A stretch of 9,514 bases of DNA from Azolla caroliniana. Its lineage: Eukaryota > Plantae > Polypodiophyta. The notes under the pieces are model-generated. The model was not told the DNA's origin, did not search any database, and was given only the letters and a program-made list of their open reading frames with translations. Position 1 is the stretch's first letter, and each line of letters begins with the position of its first letter. A program made the position numbers and the translations under genes. Location of the stretch: positions 1-9,514 of the forward strand of contig JBHGNT010001356.1 of NCBI GenBank assembly GCA_043228905.1, given 5' to 3'. Shown here in pieces: positions 7,870-9,514 of this stretch.

Positions 7870-9514
7870 CTATAAAAAAAACCAATGAACATTATGATAA
7901 CTATGGTGCATATACATTATTTTTGTACAAGAACCGATTGGACTGTGTACGAAAACCTCATACCAGCTTCTGTGTTGGACGACCACATCCATGTCCAGCT
8001 TTTGTGTCAATGCGGCCAATAATAGGATTTGTTTGCTTTCTTGCCTTCGAACTTATACAAAGCTTGTATTGCAGTGTCTAGTGGTCAAAACAAAAGTGTG
8101 TTTAGCTTGCCGTATGACATAATTCAATACATACTGTAGTGTGTTTATAGCATTTGATGTATGCATGATAACAAAACAAAACCTTCTGTCAGGTACTTTA
8201 CTAGAATTGTAAATTTCCTAAGATTAGTAGAATGCGTTCATGTGGTTGTAATTTTTTGTACTTCCAAGAGGTAGTAATCTGGCAAATTTTGGAAACTTCG
8301 ATCATGTTCTTGTAAATGCCCAACAAGTTAGGGGTGGTCTTTTCCGGAAACAACTTACCGCCAGATGTTTCAAGGAATGATGTGGAACAACTCTATCATC
8401 ATGATCTGCGGTGAGCAACATGATTGCCGGATACTGGACTCCTTCATTACCAATGTATTCCCAAGGCCTCTTTACATTATGAAGTGGAGAATATCTGCAT
8501 GCATCACATATCCATGGTTAATATCACCCGCTATATGTGAATGAGTTTATCTTGATTCTATATGTGAAGTAACAATAAATAAAATGATGATACTTAATGC
8601 AGATTAATACAAATTAATACGATACGTGAAGATGTGACAATTAATAAAATACTAATATTTACATATCGATTTTTAAGTCGTGTTCATTCTATATACAAAG
8701 TTTGTGTTGATAAACAAGGCCATCATCACATTTAGATTAGTTTATATTGTTTATATGTGTATGGTTTGTGCTCATGAATACAATGAACATACTTAAATGT
8801 AGATGGTTCATCTTGAATCTATAGGTGGATTAATTTATAGCTGATTCTATATATGGATGAATTCATACTGATGCTTAGATGTTACTAATTACTTATCCTT
8901 ACTTGATTAACCACTGGAATTCATCTTCTTTCTCTGAACAGCCATATTCTGTCGTCCATGCATGCCCTAACAGAGTTGTCACCAAGATATTGAGCTCCAT
9001 TTTTATGTTTTCTATTTGATCCCTTACAAGGCTAGAGAGATATTTGCATTACCAATAGTAAAGTGGTGGAATCGCAACATATCCATGACACCAACGTGAG
9101 CCATAGCACACCCAAACAAATCTGGTCTCTGTTGTTTAAATCATACAGAAATCAGTTGATCATTTTGCATTACAAGGAGCTAAACCAGGTTTTTATTTGA
9201 TCTTATTTTACTATGACACTTTTTTGACAGAAAGTGTATATACATACGCGATTGACACATGAGGCGATAAGGAGTCCTCCATTGCTTGCTCCATCTATAC
9301 CTAATTTTCCTGCTCTTGTATAACCTTTGTTGATTAAGAACTTGGCACACGATATGAAATCGTCAAAACAATTCTCTTTCCTGGATAATGAACCATCCTT
9401 GTGCCATTCTTCACCATATTCCCCACCACCACGGATGTTTGCAAAAGCAATTACACCAGCACAATGATGAGCAAAGATTATTCTTGGAACACTGAAAAAC
9501 GGAGTGAGGCTGCT
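7804..9514 (-). CDS. PREP: Prolyl oligopeptidase / prolyl endopeptidase (peptidase S9A), C-terminal catalytic domain, 5'-truncated by the window; complement(join(7804..7869,7964..8077,8359..8494,8903..8966,9053..9128,9248..>9514)), 240 aa visible
   Basis: Manual reverse-strand translation: [89 protein letters not shown]|[26 protein letters not shown]|[21 protein letters not shown]|[45 protein letters not shown]|[38 protein letters not shown]|[21 protein letters not shown]. Triad: Ser 9284-9286, Asp 8398-8400, His 7991-7993. Five GT-AG introns are phase-consistent. Confidence 0.95.
7964..8077 (-). CDS. Prolyl oligopeptidase exon with the catalytic His (KAGHGCGRP)
   Basis: ccactag|ACACTGCAA ... 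AAGCTG|gtatga; 114 nt. Confidence 0.93.
8209..8345. mobile_element. Fragment of the same repeat family in the peptidase intron 8078-8358
   Basis: Three colinear blocks match intron 6: 8209-8235 ~ 4674-4703; tttggaaactt 8288-8298 = 4828-4838; taaatgcccaacaagttaggggt 8313-8335 ~ 4856-4873 and 4893-4909. It ends ...cttttcc, like the intron 1 copy. Confidence 0.55.
8359..8494 (-). CDS. Prolyl oligopeptidase exon with the catalytic Asp ([10 protein letters not shown])
   Basis: atgcag|ATATTCTCCA ... CTGGCG|gtaagt; 136 nt. Confidence 0.93.
8903..8966 (-). CDS. Prolyl oligopeptidase exon HAWTTEYG...WLIK
   Basis: ctgttag|GGCATGCATGG ... ATCAA|gtaagg; 64 nt. Confidence 0.92.
9053..9128 (-). CDS. Prolyl oligopeptidase exon RPDLFG...FTIG
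   Basis: caacag|AGACCAGAT ... ATTG|gtaatg; 76 nt. Confidence 0.92.
9248..9514 (-). CDS. Prolyl oligopeptidase exon (partial) carrying NIRGGGEYG and the catalytic Ser motif GASNGG
   Basis: 89 stop-free codons ending AATCGC|gtatgt (donor 9247). Confidence 0.94.

Noticed and set aside
6440-7892. Small ORFs (6440..6634, 6559..6774, 7525..7713, 7698..7892, 7706..7888) as cyclic-peptide precursors for the neighbouring POP
   Set aside because: None shows a leader-core-follower layout, repeated cores, an MSDIN-like start or a signal peptide; two simply overlap the POP terminal exon.
899-9514. Methyltransferase plus prolyl oligopeptidase as a borosin/omphalotin-like RiPP cluster
   Set aside because: The methyltransferase is a membrane-anchored DUF248/PMT-type enzyme (family linked to Golgi cell-wall polysaccharide methylation), not a borosin self-methylating precursor, and it has no C-terminal core peptide. 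POPs are typically cytosolic. Adjacency alone is not evidence.

Overview
AT-rich eukaryotic (land-plant) genomic DNA with two spliced genes in tail-to-tail orientation. On the + strand is a complete 8-exon CDS (899-5499, 2241 nt, 746 aa) for a type II membrane, SAM-dependent methyltransferase of the plant PMT/DUF248 (Methyltransf_29) family, PMT24/25/26-like, preceded by a probable 5'-UTR intron. On the - strand are the last six coding exons (9514 to 7804; the 5' part lies outside the window) of a prolyl oligopeptidase (peptidase S9A) with an intact Ser/Asp/His triad; the ORF track missed this gene. All 12 inferred coding introns are GT-AG and phase-consistent. Beyond the genes I see: one degenerate fold-back (MITE-like) repeat family in four introns of the two unrelated genes; a 144-codon stop-free intronic stretch in frame with the next methyltransferase exon; substitutions near the peptidase catalytic residues; degenerate tandem repeats; and a cluster of short palindromes after the methyltransferase stop. 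I find no solid evidence of a new multi-gene biological system. The more speculative ideas are flagged as inference.
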